Shown here one piece after another: positions 61,191-64,000 of a DNA stretch of 64,000 nucleotides. Source of the DNA: Ptychomitrium polyphyllum (Eukaryota); contig OZ316776.1 in NCBI GenBank assembly GCA_973851085.1, positions 2,108,001-2,172,000 of the forward strand, given 5' to 3'. A program made the position numbers and the translations under genes. Under the pieces are notes generated by a model. It was not told where the DNA came from. It saw nothing but the letters and a program-made list of their open reading frames with translations, and did not search any database. The first letter of the stretch is position 1. Each line of letters begins with the position of its first letter.

Positions 61191-64000
61191 CGGCAGTTAC
61201 CGCCAGCCCTCCTGCTTTGTAGCGTCAGCTTCTAAGTTCTTACGAATAAAGAATAGGCGAAAGTTACTGCCACTCTGCGGTCATGGGGTTAATCTTTCAT
61301 TATTAAAGGGACGTAGTAACTTCCTGCACCTACTCTGTAGAGTAGACGTGGTCTCGACGCTCTTTCCTGTCAGGACCCAGATCAGCACATTTTGTACTTT
61401 GCCATCACTCTGGCAGCAATTCAGGCTCCTTGGTTTCTTTTTTCACATGGATGAAATTTGAATGTCGACGTTCGTTTATATAAACATGCGTGGAAGTCTG
61501 TTATTAATAAGTAGGTTTAATTAAAAGGTGTATCAAAGTTATTCGATGAGAACACGTAACCATTTCTTGCATCCGAATGAAACGCACCACAGAAAGATAG
61601 AACGAAAACAATTAGACAATAAGATATACCAGAGATTTTTTGATATTTTAATTGAGAGGGAATTATTTAATATGTTAGTGGAAAGGACGTTGAGTAAACA
61701 AAGTTTAATAAAGGCCAACTATATTGTTTAGGGTTAAAATGATGAAGGTAGCTCTTTCTCTTTTGAAAATGTGTGACAAAATGTTTTACCTTTGTAACAT
61801 GAAAAAATTATGGACTTTATTATTAAAATAATTAATACCTTCATCATTCTCTATGCTTCTATCTTTTAAATGCAACATCTAATAAAATCTTATAAGCTGT
61901 AGCAATGAAGAAGGGAAGAATTACTTATTAGAATAACACTTATAAGGGTGGTATAAAAAACAACAGTTTTAAATAAATTTATTTTAAGGTATAATGGATT
62001 TATATGGTAATTGTATAGCCAATGGAATTATTATTTATAGAAGAATTACATAATAAATTCATTGAATACAAATCTAATTTACATTCATGGATTAATACAA
62101 TTCTTTGTATGAATGAATAATATAATTATTTTATAATAAAATTTATTCATATATATTAAAAAATAATTATTTTTGCAATAAAAATCATTCATTATTTAAT
62201 AAAAATTAGGCACATTAAATAGAACATGTAACATATAAAAGTAAATTTATATGCACAAATAATTATTTTTTAAAAATCATTTATAATCTAAGCTTTAGAT
62301 TTGTATAAATTCTAAATTTTAAATACAAACATGATAAGATTCACTTGAACTTTAAACATTTGATTTAAGATATATTTTTTTCATAAGATAATTCATATTT
62401 TTAAAGTAAATCTTTATTTTATAAATAATATTAAATATGATTTTATATTTTATATAATTCCAACATTGCATCATTCAAATCTTGATAAATTTAGCATTCA
62501 ATTAATGAATTAACTTCCAATTTGTACAAATATATTTATGTTATAATTCTTACTGTAAAATGGAAGTATCAAATAAAAAATTAAAAAATGAACTTTACTT
62601 TTTCAATAGAGTATTTGAGCATGGTGTGTAGATACTAAAAGGTTAACAATTAAATAACTTGATTTAAATTTTTATATTCATATAATTAAAACGTGATTTA
62701 TTTAAATAATTATGTAAATTATATACCAAATAAGTAACACAATAAAAAAGTTATTTCTTTGTAGTTGATATAAACTATTGAGTTTGCAATCAAATGATGA
62801 TTTTTATTGTAAATCATCCTACAAAATTTGATTTTTATTAATTTCAAAAATAAATGGAAGTCTTCAAAATATATGCTCCTATTTGATGTATTTTGAAACC
62901 TACAAAATTTGAAATTTCCAATACAAACATATATTGAGTAACTAAAATAGAAAGTTGCAGTAAACTACAATTTATATTTTTGTAACTTTTTGTAAAAAAA
63001 TGGTTTAATTTATATATTTGATTTTATATTTGCAATTCCTTTTTGGAGTCAAATATATAAATATTACATTAAATCATCAAAATAGGATTAAAAAATTAAA
63101 AAGTAGGAAAAAGTGTAAAATATAATAGACCATGTGTAAAAAATAGTTGTAATAAAAGGTTCATAGATATTTGAAATTGATGGGCTAGAGTATATCAGTT
63201 TGATGTGAAGCCAAAATACAGCAGCTCTAGGACATAGATTGTTAAAGTTACTTTGATTTTCTTTTGAAGCTACTTTTAAAGGTGTCATTAGTAACAAAAA
63301 TTTACTTTCATTTGTTTTCATGAAAAATGAGAAAATAATTATGTTTGTCATGTGGTATATTTAATGATAAGCAAGAAATAACACATCATGGTATGGCAAG
63401 CATTCAATACAACATCATGAGATCACAAAAAATTGGTAAATTATTTGTTTACAATTTCATAAAAGTATTGTAAATCTAGTATAATTGACCCTCCTTAAAT
63501 ATTAGGTTTCTAGAGCAGATAAAAAATAACATTTAAAGAAGTACAACTCATAACAAATAAAGATGGTTAATTTTTAAAAATTATATTTATGTAGGTAACA
63601 TTAACCAAAAATGAAAGTTGTAAAAAATAACAATTATCAATAATGAGAGGTACATATGGAGTTATATAACAATTTAAAAACCTACTACATAAGTGATTAT
63701 ACTATTGAAAAATACTTATCAATAGTGTTTTGATGAATGCACTAAACCTGAAGTTTTGTTAAATCTTTTTCAATAGATTTTAGCTTAGAATTAACACGAT
63801 CAACTGGCATAGGATGTTGATTAAAATAAGTGTGAAGAAGTAAAAATGCTTTAGTTACAATTGAAAATTCAACTTGTGGAGGTGGTTGCACCAAATATAT
63901 CACCTTATCTTTCTCTTCTTGAGCTACATTATTAATTTCTATTATTTAAACAAAGAAGGAACATTAATAGTTCTTTGGTATAATTTAAACTAACAAAAGG

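Noticed and set aside
61700..64000. Very AT-rich tract (also about 9.5-11.6 kb, 46-48 kb and 49.2-50.9 kb)
   Set aside because: No ORFs or defined termini; probably heavily decayed TE DNA that cannot be classified by eye.

Overview
Eukaryotic, AT-rich land-plant nuclear DNA, most consistent with a moss (Physcomitrium/Funariaceae-like); the organism is inferred, not proven. Three spliced protein-coding genes lie on the minus strand. Two are divergent tandem paralogs of the CURLY FLAG LEAF1 (CFL1)-like family, with a WW domain, an EAR motif and a C-terminal CxxC...CPxC zinc ribbon (3977-5337 and 15185-16671). The third is a CBP60-family calmodulin-binding transcription factor (54774-58951). There is also a tRNA-Pro(CGG). 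The centre (about 19.3-44.8 kb) is a nest of Ty3/gypsy LTR retroelements. A full-length but lesioned chromovirus (20193-28047, 1145-bp LTRs, GGTAC TSD) sits inside an older element. A second decayed chromovirus has lost RT/RNaseH at the site where an RT-less gag-protease element with 1.76-kb LTRs is nested. The most notable observations are: (i) this RT-less element has tRNA-primer-like motifs at both inner LTR borders, no PPT and an unidentified extra ORF; (ii) a microhomology-templated inversion with iterative repeats inside a gag gene; (iii) a sharply mosaic LTR-pair divergence suggesting gene conversion; (iv) a dense CAMTA/RSRE CGCG-box cluster in the CBP60 promoter. All comparisons were made by eye; no database searches were run.
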